Positions 44,411-54,655 of a stretch of 64,000 bases of DNA are shown piece after piece (position 1 is the first letter of the stretch; each line of letters begins with the position of its first letter). The position numbers were made by a program, and so were the translations under genes. The notes beneath the pieces are model-generated. The model had not been told where the DNA came from and made no database searches. It saw nothing but the letters and a program-made list of their open reading frames with translations. Source of the stretch: an uncultured delta proteobacterium. Lineage in GTDB: Bacteria > Myxococcota_A > Polyangia > Polyangiales > Polyangiaceae. The stretch spans positions 32,001-96,000 of the forward strand of contig CAVOKF010000006.1 of the NCBI GenBank assembly GCA_963696385.1. Reading direction: 5' to 3'.

Positions 44411-45105
44411 GACACCACGGCAGACACTTTTCCGACTGTTGTTCCGTCACTCGAACGACACCACGGCAGACACTTTTCCGACTGTTGTTCCGTCACTCGA
44501 ACGACACCACGGCAGACACTTTTCCGACTGTTGTTCCGTCACTCGAACGACACCACGGCAGACACTTTTCCGACTGTTGTTCCGTCACTCGAACGACACC
44601 ACGGCAGACACTTTTCCGACTGTTGTTCCGTCACTCGAACGACACCACGGCAGACACTTTTCCGACTGTTGTTCCGTCACTCGAACGACACCACGGCGGA
44701 CACTTTGCCGACTGTTGTTCCGTCACTCGACGGACACGATGGTGGACACTTTGCCGACTGTTGTTCCGTCACTCGACGGACACGAGGGTGGACACTTCGC
44801 GTACTGTTGTCGCGTCACTCGGCGGACACGAGGGTCGACACTTTGCGGACCGTTGTTGCGTCACTCGACGGACACGAGGGCGGACACTTCGCGGACCGTT
44901 GTTGCGTCACTCGACGGACACGACGGCGGACACTTCGCGGACTGTTGTCGCGTCACACGGCGGACACGAGGGTGGACACTTCGCGGACCATTGTCGCATC
45001 ACTCGACGGACACGACGGCGGACACGTTGCGGACTGTGTTGCGTCACTCGACGGATACGACGGCGGACGCGTTGCGGGCGCCGCGCGGACGGTTGTTGCG
45101 TCCGC
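44411..45105. repeat. Tandem array of ~14-15 x 46-bp units with polar divergence
   Basis: GACACCACGGCAGACACTTTTCCGACTGTTGTTCCGTCACTCGAAC at 44411, 44457, 44503, 44549, 44595 and 44641, then progressively mutated copies. Confidence 0.97.
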
Positions 45106-45530
45106 AACAGGCGGTTGCGCGGGCGGTCGCTAGCAAACCGACTGACAACGTTACGCCCGAGCTTGCTCGGTGGTCCATGAGGGCCGTATGCAACGCGGCG
45201 TATGCGCAAGAGTGTCGGCGTACCGGGCTGGGGTCCCCACCCCACCGTCTCGGCTGCGCACTCGGCAGTCAAACGCACTGACGTGCGCACGGGCAGGTGC
45301 AGCGCAGCCCTTACCGCCACCGCGTTCCCGGGCGGCGTGCCGCGACTTCCCTGCCCGGTGTCCCACCAGACCGGACGCGGTCTTTCGTCATGGCGCCGTA
45401 TCGCTGGCCGTCCTCGCGAACGTCTTGTCCGTGGCCCCGGGCAAGCAGTAGACCCCGTTCCTCCGATGACAGCGTGACGCGGCATGCTCAAGATAGTTCG
45501 TTGCGGAGCCTTGGATCCGGGACCGCCCCG

Positions 45531-45815
45531 ATGTCGATCGGTTCCTCCAAGCCCCGTTTCACGGACAAGCAGGGCCAGTATCCCGCGTTCATTCATACGT
45601 ACGTCCTGCTGCGCCGTCGACCTCCCGCCGAGGCCGACATGCAGCGCTACTTCGGCGTCACCCCCCCTTCCGTTCATCGCATGGTCGTGGAACTGGAACG
45701 ACGCGGACTGATTCGCCGTCTTCACAGACAGCCCAGAAGCATCGCCCTTCTCATTCACGTTGGGGAGATCCCTTCCCTACGGCCGCACACGATCGAAACG
45801 GGTGGGCGCGGATGA
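45531..45815 (+). CDS. LexA/MarR-like winged-helix DNA-binding protein
   Basis: FTDKQGQY.AFI, PPAEADMQRYFGVTPPSVH.MV..LERRGLI. Confidence 0.75.
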   Translation: MSIGSSKPRFTDKQGQYPAFIHTYVLLRRRPPAEADMQRYFGVTPPSVHRMVVELERRGLIRRLHRQPRSIALLIHVGEIPSLRPHTIETGGRG

Positions 45816-47506
45816 AGCATCAGCAGGTACCCTCGCTGCACGTCGCGGTGCGCGCCGGCGCGTCGGTGCATGAGGCGCTGAAGACGGCGCAGCTGTGGGA
45901 GCTGCGCGAGGCGCTCGAGATCGCGGTCGAGCGTGACGATCACGAGACCGCTCGGATCCTGCTCGCGCACGGCGCGTGGGTGGATCATGCCGGCCGGCGA
46001 TGGGGCCGGCGCGGCGGCGCGATGCACGCGGCACTGTTGCTCGGGCGCAGCGTGCCCATGCTCGAGGTACTGCTCGACGGCGGCGCGTCGATCGCCACGC
46101 GCGACATCGAGGGGCACACGCCGCTCGCGATCGCGGTGCGCGTCGCCCGCGACGATGCCGCGGCGCTGTTCCGCAGCCGCGGCGCACATGACACCGAGGC
46201 AAGCGACGCGGATCGCCGGATCGGCGCGTGCGTGCGGGGTGAGCGCCCGACCGGCACGGCGCGCTGGCGCCGCGGCGACCACCAGCACCTATGCTGGGCG
46301 GTGCGGACCCACCACATCGCCGCGATCCCGGCGCTGCTCGCGATCGGGCTCAACCCCGATGTGCCCGACGACGACGGAGAGACCGCGCTGCACCTCGCCG
46401 TGTCGGCCGGATCGATCGAGGCGGTCGACGCCCTGCTCGACGGCAACCCGCGTGTCGACGCGGTCGACTTCCGTAGCGAGACGCCGCTGACACGCGCGCT
46501 ACGCGACGGTCACGACGCGATCGCCGACCGGTTGCGGCGCGCCGGCGCGGTACCGCAGCAGCCGGTCAATCTGGCGGAGGCGTTCGAGGAGGCGGCCGAT
46601 GCCGTGGTCGACGGCGATGTGCCGCGACTGACCGCGCTGCTCGATGGCGAGCCGCGGCTCGTCCACGCACGGTCGCTGCGCGAGCATCGGTGCACGCTCC
46701 TTCATTATGTGGGTGCGAACGGCGTCGAGCCGGAGCGCCAGCGCTCTTCGCCCAACGCGCCGGCCGTGGCGGCGCTTCTCCTGGCGCGGGGCGCCGACCC
46801 CGACGCGCCGGCGCTCCTGTACGGCGGCGGGGACACGACACTTGGCCTCGCGATCACCAGCGCGTTTCCCGACCAGGCCGGCGTGATGGCCGACCTCGTG
46901 CGCGTTCTGGTTCGCGGCGGCGCGAGCGTCAACGGCCCCGACGGCGACGCCACGCCAATCCGCTACGCGCTGCCGTCCGCGTGGGCGGCGCTCATCGAGT
47001 GCGGCGCGATCGTCGATCTGTGTGCGGCCGCGTCGCTCGGCCTGTTGGATCGCGTCCGGCAATTCGTGGCGCCCGACGGTGGTGTGCAGGCGGGCGCGCG
47101 ACTCGGCCCGCCGCGGCCGGCTCAGGAGGTCAAGGACGAGGCGTTCTTGGCTGCGTGCAAGGCGGGCCAACCGGCGATCGCGGCGTACCTTGTCGACGCC
47201 GGGGCGCGCATCGACGTCCAAGGCAACCAGGGCATGACCGGCTTGCACGAGGCGGTGTGGCGCTGCGATCACCCGACGGTCCGGATGCTGCTCGAACGCG
47301 GCGCGCCGCTGGAGGTCCGCAACGACTACGGCGGCACCGTCCTCGATTTCACGGTGTGGGTCACTCGCCATCAGCCGGGCAAGGGCCGCAACTGGCGCAG
47401 CCTCGTCGACATGCTGATCGCAGCGGGGGCTGACGTCGAAGCCGCGGGCGGACCTGCCGCGATCGAAGCGGCGCTCCACCAGGTCGAGCTTTCTTCCCGA
47501 CACTGA
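45812..47506 (+). CDS. Ankyrin repeat protein
   Basis: GHTPLAIA, GETALHLA, ETPLTRA, GMTGLHEA repeats. Confidence 0.9.
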   Translation: MKHQQVPSLHVAVRAGASVHEALKTAQLWELREALEIAVERDDHETARILLAHGAWVDHAGRRWGRRGGAMHAALLLGRSVPMLEVLLDGGASIATRDIEGHTPLAIAVRVARDDAAALFRSRGAHDTEASDADRRIGACVRGERPTGTARWRRGDHQHLCWAVRTHHIAAIPALLAIGLNPDVPDDDGETALHLAVSAGSIEAVDALLDGNPRVDAVDFRSETPLTRALRDGHDAIADRLRRAGAVPQQPVNLAEAFEEAADAVVDGDVPRLTALLDGEPRLVHARSLREHRCTLLHYVGANGVEPERQRSSPNAPAVAALLLARGADPDAPALLYGGGDTTLGLAITSAFPDQAGVMADLVRVLVRGGASVNGPDGDATPIRYALPSAWAALIECGAIVDLCAAASLGLLDRVRQFVAPDGGVQAGARLGPPRPAQEVKDEAFLAACKAGQPAIAAYLVDAGARIDVQGNQGMTGLHEAVWRCDHPTVRMLLERGAPLEVRNDYGGTVLDFTVWVTRHQPGKGRNWRSLVDMLIAAGADVEAAGGPAAIEAALHQVELSSRH

Positions 47507-48074
47507 ATCGCGCTGCTCCCTGGGAATGGAGAGTCAGCGGTTACGCTCATTCGGCGCGGATCCGGCTCGAAACGCAGGCGTATGTCTTCTCTACCGAGCG
47601 AATGGGCGATCCGCCGTCGTGGACGCGAGCGTCGAGAACGACGCCGGATCATGGACCCCTTTACCGAGTGATCGTCGATTCGAAATGGCAACGATCTATT
47701 CGATGATGGAGAGCCGTTCGAGGGATGACGGTCTGTCGTAGGGGCCGTCAGCCATTTCGACCGCCCTCCCGATCGTTGACCCGTGGCCGCCGGCACGCCA
47801 CAACCATTATACAAATGATTGTAAGCACTTAGGTCGGATCATTCCTTTAGCGATTGCGCTGGCCCAATAATTGCGGTACGCGTTTGTTCGTGGACCTTCC
47901 TCTGCGCGTGTAGCGCCCTTTGGTCGAAGCCGCTTACGGAGCGCTGAGCCTATACGGCTAACGCGCTTTCGGTTGAGCCTTCGAGAGTACGCGCCGCACT
48001 CGGCACATCGGTGTCGTACGCCCGAAGACTCGCTTTCTTCATGGGTCTCACAATCCGCGATCGGGGTGGGCGTG

Positions 48075-48326
48075 ATGGACAGCCACAGTGATATTCTAGC
48101 GATGCTCGCCGAAGCGGCGGGGGTTGCGCTCGAGGGCGACGTGCTGACAGTGGAGGAGCTTGCCGCGCAGCTGCGGGTTAAGCCCAAGACCGTCTACGCG
48201 GCCATTCGACGCAAGCAAATCCCCGGCATCCTGCGCGTGGGAAGACTCATCCGCATCTCGCGATCGAGCGTGCTAGCTTGGCTTGCCGGCCAAGATCGCG
48301 AAGCTCGCTCACGGAGCCAACGATGA
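48075..48326 (+). CDS. Excisionase-like HTH_17 protein
   Basis: VLTVEELA..LRV.PKTVY..I...IPG..RVGR.IRI; ATGA overlap with the integrase. Confidence 0.85.
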   Translation: MDSHSDILAMLAEAAGVALEGDVLTVEELAAQLRVKPKTVYAAIRRKQIPGILRVGRLIRISRSSVLAWLAGQDREARSRSQR

Positions 48327-49456
48327 GCGTGCGCAGCGAACGGCGCCGAGACAAGGTCTCGGGCAAAGTACGGGAATATTGGATGGTCCATGTCGTAATC
48401 CAACTGCCGGATGGACAGCTTGTGCAAGCGCGCAAGGCACTTTCGAAAACGAAGGTGAACAAGCGCGAGGCCGAGGCGTACGAACGGCGACTGCGGGCGG
48501 AGATGCTCAATCCGTCCGCGGTGAAGCCAAAGGAGGTCCCCACACTCAAACAGTTCTGGCCGACGTTCCTCGCATGGGCGAAGGGCGAGCGGCACAAGGC
48601 GAGCGGCATCCACTCGAAGGAGTCGATCTACCGGGTGCACCTGGCGCCCGCGTTCGACTCCAAGCGGCTCGATCAGATCGATGACGCAGCCATCACGCGC
48701 ATCAAGTGCAAGCTCGCTACCGCGGGCCGCAGCCGCAAGACCGCGAACAACATTCTGGGCGTGCTGTCGAAAGCCCTGCGGCTCGCGGTCAAGTGGAAGG
48801 TGCTCTCGCAGATGCCCTGCGAATTCAACCTGAAACCAGTCAAGAACATCCGCATCGACTTCTACGAGTTCGCCGACTACGACCGGCTCGTCGACGCCGC
48901 CGGCAAGGTCGGAAGCCGCTACGCGGCGCTCGTGCTTCTCGGCGGCGACGCAGGGCTACGACGCAGCGAGATCATCGGGCTTCGATGGTGCGACGTGGAC
49001 TTTGCAAGAGGTCAGCTGCGCATCGTGCAAGCGCAGTGGAAGGACACGGTCGACACCCCCAAGAGCGACAAGCCGCGCATCGTTCCGATGACCGACGCGC
49101 TGACCGATGCGCTCAAGAGGCACCGGCATCTTCGCAGCGAGCGGGTTCTATGCTTGGACGACGGCAAGCCGGCGCCCGGGCATGTGCTTCGCGACTGGCT
49201 GGAAGCGGTGCAGCGCCGGGGCGGGCTCGAGGTACGGGGGAGCCTTCATAAGCTCCGCCATACGTTCTGCTCGCACCTGGCGATGCGAGGCGCGCCCGCC
49301 AAGGCCATTCAGGAGCTGGCCGGGCACGCCGATCTGGCGACCACGATGCGGTACATGCACTTGTCGCCGGCGGCGCGCGACAGCGCCATCGCCCTGCTCA
49401 ACGTGCGCAACCACAGCAACATAGCAGCAACGATCGGTAGCGAAGTTCGTAACTAG
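48323..49456 (+). CDS. Tyrosine recombinase/integrase
   Basis: GLRRSEI.GL.W, TPKS, HKLRHTF, LAGH..TTMRY. Confidence 0.95.
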   Translation: MSVRSERRRDKVSGKVREYWMVHVVIQLPDGQLVQARKALSKTKVNKREAEAYERRLRAEMLNPSAVKPKEVPTLKQFWPTFLAWAKGERHKASGIHSKESIYRVHLAPAFDSKRLDQIDDAAITRIKCKLATAGRSRKTANNILGVLSKALRLAVKWKVLSQMPCEFNLKPVKNIRIDFYEFADYDRLVDAAGKVGSRYAALVLLGGDAGLRRSEIIGLRWCDVDFARGQLRIVQAQWKDTVDTPKSDKPRIVPMTDALTDALKRHRHLRSERVLCLDDGKPAPGHVLRDWLEAVQRRGGLEVRGSLHKLRHTFCSHLAMRGAPAKAIQELAGHADLATTMRYMHLSPAARDSAIALLNVRNHSNIAATIGSEVRN

Positions 49457-49478
49457 CTGAATTGCTTATGGAAAGAGA

Positions 49479-49499
49479 GTGGAGCTGACGGGAATCGAA
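49479..49499 (-). other. Putative att site: 3' fragment of tRNA-Ala or tmRNA
   Basis: Reverse complement TTCGATTCCCGTCAGCTCCAC is a T-loop plus 3' acceptor strand, 22 nt after the integrase stop. Confidence 0.65.
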
Positions 49500-49803
49500 A
49501 AGGTGGGCCAAAGCGCGACGAACCCCAACAAACATACGATAGTCGCAATTGGCTCCGATCGGTCAAGGTCCGAAAATGCGCCAGTTCGTGACCGTTCGAG
49601 CGCGTTGGCGTCAATTGGTGAATCCGAATCCGAAATAGTGAGCGATGCGGCCCTCGAGCGAGCGATCGTTGACGCCGTCACGATGGGGCTTGGGGACGTG
49701 GCGCGCACGCTCGCGACCCGACTCGAGGAGCGGCGGCGAGCACTCGTGCCGACGAACGCGGCGGACCTGGCGACGGCGCTTGTGGAACAAACGCCCAAAT
49801 GAC

Positions 49804-50142
49804 TCATACGGCTCGCCGCTTCTTGGGCCTCGGCGGCGCATCCAACGCCCGCACGGATCCTCCGCGCGCTGTTGCACGGCGTGGAGACGGGCGGTGGCTC
49901 TCCATCGCCAACCGCAGGATACGGTTGATGCGCGTCTGGTAACCCTTGCCCAGCGACTTGAGCCAAGCGAGAACGTCCGCGTCAAGACGAATGGTGAGTT
50001 GGCGTTTCGTCGGCGGCCAGGGCACGCGCATCGCATTGGCTAGAAACGCCTCGTCGAGCGGCGGAATGTCCGTATAGTCGAGGGTCTCGTCGGTGAGACG
50101 GTCAACTCTCTCCAAGTCGCTCTTGATAGACTTCTTGCTCAC
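49804..50142 (-). CDS. brnA: BrnA antitoxin
   Basis: DIPPL, KRQLTIRLDADVLAWLK..GKGYQTRIN. Confidence 0.9.
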   Translation of the reverse strand: MSKKSIKSDLERVDRLTDETLDYTDIPPLDEAFLANAMRVPWPPTKRQLTIRLDADVLAWLKSLGKGYQTRINRILRLAMESHRPSPRRATARGGSVRALDAPPRPKKRRAV

Positions 50143-50383
50143 GGCGGTTCGCCTTTCTCATCGAGATGATGCGCGTCGCGTCGTCGCCGCGCGCGGTATG
50201 GGCGACGACGACCACGCGACCGGCGAGCACGCCCAGTGTGATGAACCGCTGCTCGCCATAGTCGAAGCGGTTATCTTCGAGGGTAACGGTCGGGCCGTCG
50301 AACACGAGCGGCGCGTCCTCAAAGCTGAGGCCGTGTTTTGCGAGGTTGTGGCGAGCTTTCGCTTCATCCCATTCGTAACGCAC
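50102..50383 (-). CDS. brnT: BrnT toxin
   Basis: YEWDEAK..N..KHGLSF, DYGEQRF, RIISMRKA. Confidence 0.92.
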   Translation of the reverse strand: MRYEWDEAKARHNLAKHGLSFEDAPLVFDGPTVTLEDNRFDYGEQRFITLGVLAGRVVVVAHTARGDDATRIISMRKANRREQEVYQERLGES

Positions 50384-50591
50384 GTGTAGCTCTTTTTGTA
50401 GTTACATTCAAGCGAGGGAAAGCGGATTGAACCGGGCTACGGTCACGTACGGTTTCGGCCAACGCTCGGCCCGGCACTGCGTACGGCATCGTCGGAATGA
50501 AGTCGTCCAACTCGTCGTGAAAACGACGCAGTCGTTCGAGTACCCGTCGATCCACGCGCGACCTGGCCCGTCGGAGAGCACGCGCAATTAG

Positions 50592-50789
50592 TTATACCGC
50601 AAGGAGTTCTTCGCGAACGAAGTGCAAGCGGACCATTTGGGTGCCTGATCCTCTTCGAAGTGACAGCGCACGGCATCGCGAATTTCGTCGTGAAGCTGAG
50701 CCACGGTATCCGCCTCCGTGAAGATCCCCAGGGCGCGCGGTATAGCCGCCCTCGGCGGCTTCTTCGACGACGAAAATGATCTCGCCCAT
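50592..50789 (-). pseudogene. HicB-like small protein, frameshifted
   Basis: EIIFVVEEAAEGGYTAR..VRLHFVREELLA. Confidence 0.6.
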
Positions 50790-51250
50790 GCTTAGCCTCA
50801 GTCAAGGTAGCTGACTTGCAGGCGAGCGACACGGCGCCTGCCGTCGCTCTGCCAGACGTTCTCTTGAATTCAGGGGTGCCGTCCAGTGTGCAACCCTTAT
50901 CGCGCTCTGACCCGTCGAGGGGACTGGCGCACGATATCGGCGAATCTAGTCGTGCGAGATCGCACTGTGATGCCCTCCGAGCAGATCTCGATCTGATCGC
51001 TCGCCGCCGCCGTCAGCGGCATCGCCACGAACGCCGGCGCAGTCGCTCAGCGCAGTCGGAGGTTGCCGTAGTGATGACCCGCGGCACATCGACCGCGCGA
51101 TCGACAGCTGCTCGGCGTGGGCGCGCTACAGCGACCGACCGGGCGGCGCTTCCGCGAGTCGGCGGACTGCACCACCGCGTATTCGAGGGCCGCGTTCACA
51201 AGCGACAATGGCCCTAGTGCGCGCGCGGAGCTACACTCGGTTGGATCCCC

Positions 51251-51520
51251 TTGAGCGCGCATACCGTGACCGTTAGCGTTGAACTCCCCGTAACCGGCGG
51301 CGCCACCGCGCCCGACTCCCGGCTCATCGGTGACGAGCTCCGCGTCCTCTGGATCATCGAACAGGTTCGGACGAAGCGCGTCGGCGTCGGCAAGGGCGCG
51401 GAGCTTGCCGGCATGCCGCGCGCGGCGTTCATGCAGGCGCTGGGCACGCACGGCGTGCCCGTGATCGACTACCCGCCCGCTGACCTGCAGGGCGAGCTTG
51501 ATATGCGGGAAATGGGTTGA
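51251..51520 (+). CDS. UPF0175 family antitoxin
   Basis: GKGAELAGMPR..F...L..HGVPVIDY. Confidence 0.8.
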   Translation: MSAHTVTVSVELPVTGGATAPDSRLIGDELRVLWIIEQVRTKRVGVGKGAELAGMPRAAFMQALGTHGVPVIDYPPADLQGELDMREMG

Positions 51521-51993
51521 TCGTCGTCCCCGACGCGGGGCCGCTCATCTACCTGGGCGGAGCCGGACACCTCGATCTCCTCCGCCGCCTCTACACCGAA
51601 GTCGTTGTGCCTCGCATCGTTCTCGATGAGGTTGTCGTTGCGGGCGCGGGCATGACAGGAGCCGACGCCGTGGCGGCCGCGCACTGGCTGAGAATCGAGG
51701 ACGTCGCTCCCGACCCCGATCTGCTGGACGTGCTCGACCGCGGAGAGGCAGCCGCGCTTCCGCTTGCCGCGCGCCTTATGGCCACGCTTCTCGTCGACGA
51801 TAGCGCCGCGCGAGCCATCGCCGGCGCGAGAGGCATTCGGGTCGTCGGGACGATCGGCCTGTTGCTGCAAGCGAAGCGGAGGGAGTACCTCACCGCGGTG
51901 GGCCCCGTAATCGCGCAAATGGAGCAGCTTGGAATGTACCTGTCCGCGCTACTTCGCGAGGAAGTCGTCCGGCTCGCTGGCGAGGACGGCTAG
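51517..51993 (+). CDS. PIN-domain (DUF3368) toxin
   Basis: VPDAGPLI, VP..V..E, LDRGEAAA, LVDD..AR, GTIGLL..AK. Confidence 0.88.
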   Translation: MIVVPDAGPLIYLGGAGHLDLLRRLYTEVVVPRIVLDEVVVAGAGMTGADAVAAAHWLRIEDVAPDPDLLDVLDRGEAAALPLAARLMATLLVDDSAARAIAGARGIRVVGTIGLLLQAKRREYLTAVGPVIAQMEQLGMYLSALLREEVVRLAGEDG

Positions 51994-52084
51994 ACAAGTT
52001 CCGGGCTGAGTGATTCGGCGTCAACCGGTATAGGACCACGTGACGTAGCCAGGTACGTCGCGACCTCGATGAGGGGCACGACGC

Positions 52085-52180
52085 TCAGACTTCTTGCTCA
52101 CGGCGGTTCGCCTTTCTCATCGAGATGATGCGCATCGCGTCGTCCCCGCGCGCGGCATGGGCGACGACGACAACGCAGCG
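52085..52180 (-). pseudogene. Second, partial brnT copy (3' end)
   Basis: DNA nearly identical to 50130-50215. Confidence 0.8.
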
Positions 52181-52350
52181 GGTGAGGTGAAGCGCCGATT
52201 TTTCGGCTGGCCCCAGACGTGACCAGAAGGGCCAGCAGTGCCGTCTCAAAGGTCCGCCGGAGCGGACGCGCGCTTGGCTTAGCAATTCCGTCGAGCCGCG
52301 GCGATGCCAGGCGAGCGACCGTTCCAGCTTGCGCCCGGCGCGGTGTCCCT

Positions 52351-53253
52351 CTACCTCCGATTGCGACGATCCGCGACGCCCGAAGGATTGCCCGGCTCGA
52401 CGGCGAACAGTTCCTCGGTGCTTACGGCCGTGACGGCCTTGTCGAGCCAGTCTTCGAGGGTAGCGAGGTCGGGACAGCCAAGGATGCGCTCGTGTTGTGC
52501 GGCCGAAACGGCGAGTCCACGGCGCTCGAGAACGCGGAGGATCGATCGGGCTTCGCCCTCAGCCTTGCCCTGCGCGAACAATCGGCGTTGCGTCTCGCTA
52601 AAGAACTGCTGGCCTTGAGGAAGCATCTCGAAGCTCTTTCTGGCGGCTTCGCCGAGTGAGGACTCGATCAACGCGAAGCATAGCATCTTCAGCGACTCCG
52701 GCAGACCCGCGGCCCCCACCGCCGCGGCCGTCGCGACCCGAACCGCGGTGGGCACGTCGTCGTCCCGACCGTGCGCCATGACCGATAGCACGGCCAGGTG
52801 CGGCTCGCGCACGGCGACATCGACGTCTGTGATAACCGGGATGCCCTCCGGCCCGATGACGAACGCTCTCCACGCCAAGCCCCCGCCGAGGTCGACGGTC
52901 TTGGCCGCCCAGCGGGCCGTATCTGCGTCGGGGGTGACCACGAGCACCACGAAGGGGCACCGGTGTCGCGCTCGGGCGCTGACGGCGTACATCGGCCACG
53001 TGAAGGGCTTGTCCCGATCGACGTGGAGTTGCGCTTCGAGGATGATGCCGAAGACCGTTTGGCCCTCCACGAGCAAGACCACCGCATCGGCGTGGTACTC
53101 GGTGGGAACGAGAGCATTGAGCGAGGCCTCGGCAAGACGAGCCTCCGTGAACACCGGCAGCGAGACGTGCAGCAGTTCACGCAACAGGTCCGCCGCGAGC
53201 TCGGGCCTCTCGCGCACCAGCGCGATGATCCCTTCGTGGAGCAGCGACGGCAT
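52351..53253 (-). CDS. Rpn/PD-(D/E)XK-like protein with EGEA..WL C-terminal tail
   Basis: HE..L, EYHADAVV..IILEAQL, W..Y, GKAEGEA..CPDLATLEDWL. Confidence 0.7.
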   Translation of the reverse strand: MPSLLHEGIIALVRERPELAADLLRELLHVSLPVFTEARLAEASLNALVPTEYHADAVVLLVEGQTVFGIILEAQLHVDRDKPFTWPMYAVSARARHRCPFVVLVVTPDADTARWAAKTVDLGGGLAWRAFVIGPEGIPVITDVDVAVREPHLAVLSVMAHGRDDDVPTAVRVATAAAVGAAGLPESLKMLCFALIESSLGEAARKSFEMLPQGQQFFSETQRRLFAQGKAEGEARSILRVLERRGLAVSAAQHERILGCPDLATLEDWLDKAVTAVSTEELFAVEPGNPSGVADRRNRR

Positions 53254-53353
53254 CGCCGCGACACTACCCGAGGGGACGAGCGAGCGCACCCCCGCGCCGC
53301 AGCGGCAGCACGTCCGGCTCAGCCCCGGCCTGGCCCGTCGCGATCGCCTCCGA

Positions 53354-53504
53354 TTACTCGTCTCCATTCTGGGCTGCGAATCCGTTCTCCCTACCGGGGG
53401 ATTACTCGTCCTCGTTACTCGTCTCGCTTAAGAAGCTCGGACGAGTAGACGAGTATTCGAGCGGCAGCCGTCCCGGACGAGTGAGGACGAGTGAGGACGA
53501 GTGA
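53354..53504. repeat. Cluster of eight ACTCGTC/GACGAGT heptamers (iteron-like)
   Basis: TTACTCGTC at 53354, 53402 and 53415; GACGAGT at 53440, 53448, 53476, 53486 and 53496. Confidence 0.8.
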
Positions 53505-53512
53505 CGCGGTAC

Positions 53513-54655
53513 TCACGATTCTTCCGGGGGAGCCATGTGGGATAAGAAAAGGCGCACGCCCCGACCGCGGCCCCTCGCTTTGCGCGACACGACCGTGCCG
53601 GCATCGAGCAGGTCATGGATGGCCACTCGGACGACGGAAACGCGCCGGCCCATTTTGGCAGCGATGTTGTCGGCCCCCGGAGCGCCCGGGTGGGCCTCGA
53701 TGTGGCGGCGCACGTTTTCGGCCAGCTCCGCGAACTCGACCGAGGCTCGTGCGTCGGACTTCGCGCCCCACTCGGCCCGGTCCACGTGGACGACGCGCAG
53801 CCCCCAGCGTGGGTCGCGCTCGTCGGCCATGTCGTCGAACCGAAGGGCGAACGGAGCGACCGTGTGTCCGTGGACGCGTTCCTTCTTGTGTTCCACATGC
53901 GTCATCGACTTGCCTTCCTCGCCCGCGAAGACGAAGTGCGATTGCGCGGTCTCCGTTTTGGCCGTCGTGCCGTGCACGTCGTGCATCGACGAACGCATCG
54001 AGCTGCCGTCGCGCGGTGGCTTGACGTTGTGATCGATCGTCACGATGACGCATCCAGTCCGCGTACTGACCTGCTCGAGCCGGTCCGCGACGAGCTGCAC
54101 GGGCCCTCGCTTCCACTCGTCGGTGTTCGGGGTCGCCCCCCGCCATGAATCGATGACGCAAAGCGAGATCCCGTCGAGCAGCCGCAGCAAACGCTCGCAA
54201 GCGTCCGCATCATCCAAGTAGAAGCCTGGTCGGCGCAAATACCCGATGGACTTGTCGAGATCCCGGAGTTCCACGCCGCGCACGCGCGACAGCCGCTGCA
54301 ATCGCTCTTGACTGATGCGTTGCCCCTGGCCGTCGAAGTCCAGAGTCAGGACCCGCCCGCGCTTGCACTTGAATGTTGCCCAGGCGTCGCCCCCCGCGGC
54401 CACGGCAAGCGCCACGTCCGCCCAGGCGAGCGACTTGCCGGAATACGCATTGCCCGCGACCAGCGTACGGGCGCCGGCGGTGAGCAGCAGTCCCGGGCAA
54501 AGCCAGTCGACGGCCGGCAGCGGCTCGGCCAGCTCGGCACCCCAAAGCGGTTCGGACACCGGCGCGTCGCGAACGCCCTCGAGCTCGGGCCCGCTTCGCC
54601 CCTCGTCATTGCCGGGCGCCAGCAATTGCTCGAAGTCCCATCCCAGCTCGGTCAT
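53513..54655 (-). CDS. AAA_25/RepA-like helicase
   Basis: WL.PGLL, AGNAYSGKS, LCVIDS, IDH..K, C-terminal wHTH-like region. Confidence 0.8.
   Translation of the reverse strand: MTELGWDFEQLLAPGNDEGRSGPELEGVRDAPVSEPLWGAELAEPLPAVDWLCPGLLLTAGARTLVAGNAYSGKSLAWADVALAVAAGGDAWATFKCKRGRVLTLDFDGQGQRISQERLQRLSRVRGVELRDLDKSIGYLRRPGFYLDDADACERLLRLLDGISLCVIDSWRGATPNTDEWKRGPVQLVADRLEQVSTRTGCVIVTIDHNVKPPRDGSSMRSSMHDVHGTTAKTETAQSHFVFAGEEGKSMTHVEHKKERVHGHTVAPFALRFDDMADERDPRWGLRVVHVDRAEWGAKSDARASVEFAELAENVRRHIEAHPGAPGADNIAAKMGRRVSVVRVAIHDLLDAGTVVSRKARGRGRGVRLFLSHMAPPEES

Noticed and set aside
44411..45105. CRISPR array
   Set aside because: Units are contiguous with no unique spacers, and there are no cas genes in the window
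44329..45281. Repeat-protein ORFs in three frames
   Set aside because: Artefact of a stop-free 46-bp unit cycling through frames
49479..49499. Complete tRNA gene
   Set aside because: Only the 3' 21 nt are present
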